From positions 11,323-75,322 of the forward strand of contig JAUSKF010000005.1 of NCBI GenBank assembly GCA_030646995.1: a stretch of 64,000 nucleotides of DNA, written 5' to 3'. How positions within the stretch are numbered: the stretch's first letter is position 1; the number at the start of each line of letters is the position of its first letter. The notes under the pieces were generated by a model. The model did no database searches and was not told the DNA's origin. It was given only the letters and a program-made list of their open reading frames with translations. Positions 62,538 through 64,000 of this stretch are shown in pieces. Source of the DNA: a bacterium (GTDB lineage Bacteria; Patescibacteriota; Minisyncoccia; UBA6257; WO2-44-18). Made by a program: the position numbers and the translations under genes.

Positions 62538-63770
62538 ATGCTTTTCGATCTCAAAACATTGAAGCGGGCGGTCGACCAAATTGCGGAAGAAAAAGGAATT
62601 GATTCGGCCAAGATATTGGAGGCCATCGAGTCATCGATCGCCGCCGCGTATAAAAAGGAATATTGCCAGAAGGGCGAGCTGATTAAATGCAAATTTGATA
62701 TCAAAACCGGAGATATGAAATTTTGGCAGGTAAAAACCGTTGTTGATGAGACTACGGTCAGGTTCGTTGAAGAAGGAGCCGCCCCCGAAGGGGGCGAGCC
62801 TCGTCCAGTTGAAGCTGGGCGGGAGGAGGTTGGCGCCCAGGGCGAGATTTTATTGCCCAGATATAATGAAGACCGGCATATTTTGGTTGCCGATGCTCAG
62901 AAAATTAAAGATGGCTCTAAGGTTGGCGATGAATTGGAGTTCGCCTTGGTGACCAAGGAAGATTTCGGCCGTATTGCCGCGCAAACTGCCAAGCAGGTTA
63001 TTTTGCAAAGACTTCGCGAAGCGGAGCGGGACGCTATTTTGGGCGAATTTAAAACCAAAGAAGGTGAAATTGTGAGCGGCGTTGTGCAACGCTTTGACCG
63101 CGGCAATGTTTATATCGATCTTGGCCGCACCGTCGGCGTGCTTTTTTTCAACGAAACTATTCCGGGCGAACATTATCGCGCCGGAGAGCGGATGAGGTTT
63201 TATGTGACGGCAGTTCAGGCCGACGCAAAAACTCCGGGAATTATTTTATCGAGGGCCCATCCGAAATTCGTGGCCAAACTTTTTGCCATGGAGGTTCCGG
63301 AAATTAACGACGGCGTTATTGAGATTAAAGCTTTGGCCCGTGAGCCGGGGAGCCGCACCAAGATTGCCGTTATTTCTAAAGTAGATGGTGTGGATCCGGT
63401 AGGTTCCTGTGTTGGTCAGAGGGGAACTAGAGTGATGGCGGTGAGTAATGAATTGGGTCAGGAAAAATTAGACATCGTGGAATGGTCCGAAGATCCGGCA
63501 AAATTCATCACTAATTCTCTGTCTCCGGCGAAAGTGAAGGAGGTGCAGATTTTACAGAATCGCGCCGCGAAAGTTTTTATTCCGGAGGATCAGCTAAGTC
63601 TGGCAATCGGCAAGGGCGGGCAGAACGTCCGCTTGGCCGCTAAACTGACCGGATGGAAAATCGATGTCCGTTCGGCGGAAAAGCCGGAGGTTGCTCCGGA
63701 AGGAGGAGTCGCTGAAGTCGTAGAGGCCGAAAAGGCAGTTGGTGAAGGTGATGCAAAAATAGAGGCTTAA
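62538..63770 (+). CDS. nusA: Transcription termination/antitermination factor NusA
   Basis: N-terminal domain, S1 and tandem KH domains (GSCVGQRGTRV, IGKGGQNVRLA) with an acidic insertion after the NTD. Confidence 0.9.
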   Translation: MLFDLKTLKRAVDQIAEEKGIDSAKILEAIESSIAAAYKKEYCQKGELIKCKFDIKTGDMKFWQVKTVVDETTVRFVEEGAAPEGGEPRPVEAGREEVGAQGEILLPRYNEDRHILVADAQKIKDGSKVGDELEFALVTKEDFGRIAAQTAKQVILQRLREAERDAILGEFKTKEGEIVSGVVQRFDRGNVYIDLGRTVGVLFFNETIPGEHYRAGERMRFYVTAVQADAKTPGIILSRAHPKFVAKLFAMEVPEINDGVIEIKALAREPGSRTKIAVISKVDGVDPVGSCVGQRGTRVMAVSNELGQEKLDIVEWSEDPAKFITNSLSPAKVKEVQILQNRAAKVFIPEDQLSLAIGKGGQNVRLAAKLTGWKIDVRSAEKPEVAPEGGVAEVVEAEKAVGEGDAKIEA

Positions 63771-63804
63771 TTACTAAAGAACTAATAACCAATAACTTAT
63801 AACT

Positions 63805-64000
63805 ATGAACCTGTATTACTTAATATTCACTCCGGTAGCAGTAGCCATCGCTTACAGCGCCTACATTATGCTGTGGCTGAAAAAGCAGCCTTCCGGAAAC
63901 GATCAGATGCGCGCTATTTCTTTGGCGATTCAAGAAGGCTCGGCCGCTTATCTCAACCGTCAATATAAAACTATTGCTTGGGTGGCGTTGCCGGTATTTG
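63805..64000 (+). CDS. hppA: Membrane-bound proton-translocating pyrophosphatase, 5' end only
   Basis: Hand-translated MNLYYLIFTPVAVAIAYSAYIMLWLKKQPSGNDQMRAISLAIQEGSAAYLNRQYKTIA matches the H+-PPase N-terminus. Confidence 0.75.
   Translation, partial: MNLYYLIFTPVAVAIAYSAYIMLWLKKQPSGNDQMRAISLAIQEGSAAYLNRQYKTIAWVALPVF

Noticed and set aside
1-64000. CRISPR arrays, rRNA genes, integrases or transposases
   Set aside because: No regularly spaced direct repeats, no rRNA-like conserved stretches and no recombinase motifs were seen on either strand.

Overview
This 64 kb window reads as a compact bacterial chromosome segment dominated by short housekeeping genes. The assignment to Candidate Phyla Radiation / Patescibacteria is an inference from several features together: a split polA without a 3'-5' exo domain, a GtrA-family gene, PgeF, a type IV pilus ATPase, many small membrane/secreted hypotheticals, and no biosynthetic operons.

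The backbone carries:
- DNA repair and recombination genes: ruvC, ruvB, ruvA (dispersed), uvrB, a 5'-3' exonuclease plus a separate polymerase domain of Pol I, fpg, a UDG family-4-like gene, rmuC and holA.
- Translation genes: rpsT, rplT-rpmI-infC, argS, ileS, trpS, arfB, smpB and tmRNA.
- tRNA-Arg(CCG), tRNA-Leu(CAG), tRNA-Met(CAU) and a fourth, initiator-like CAU tRNA.
- Envelope and transport genes: a class A PBP, a MurE-like ligase, GtrA, a Wzy/O-antigen-ligase-like gene, MgtC, DedA, a CDF-like transporter and an amino-acid-permease-like gene.
- pilB, RNase J, a second beta-CASP MBL gene, tpiA, nusA and the start of an H+-pyrophosphatase.

Between these sit several short islands that look more G+C-rich by eye. 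Each has one or two orphan genes with its own Shine-Dalgarno, and two have a near-consensus sigma70 promoter (TTGACA-N17/18-TATAAT). Most have a strong intrinsic terminator, and some carry inverted-repeat structure.

The most notable items are:
1. A roughly 3.5 kb island between tmRNA (ssrA) and smpB. It carries a type II restriction-modification pair (a PD-(D/E)xK-like endonuclease convergent with a C5-cytosine methyltransferase), a LexA/CI-like S24 repressor directly upstream of the methylase, and a DUF2188 gene.
2. An isoleucyl-tRNA synthetase with a roughly 200-aa histidine-phosphatase (PGM-like) domain inserted in frame.
3. A two-gene operon further downstream: a Pol-beta-fold nucleotidyltransferase-like protein followed by a small protein with a possible PD-(D/E)xK or HEPN-like signature, then an HExxH lipoprotein.
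4. A membrane-anchored ClpB-like ATPase with a degenerate first nucleotide-binding domain, preceded by a small membrane protein.
5. An orphan Avd-like four-helix-bundle protein with no reverse transcriptase nearby.
6. A 57-bp palindromic repeat present twice in inverted orientation at convergent gene ends.
7. Recurrent GTCAGTCGT-type micro-repeats inside three coding sequences, including a 7-mer x4 tract in a glycan polymerase/ligase-like gene, which is a candidate phase-variation site.

All calls rest on reading motifs by eye. No database searches were run.
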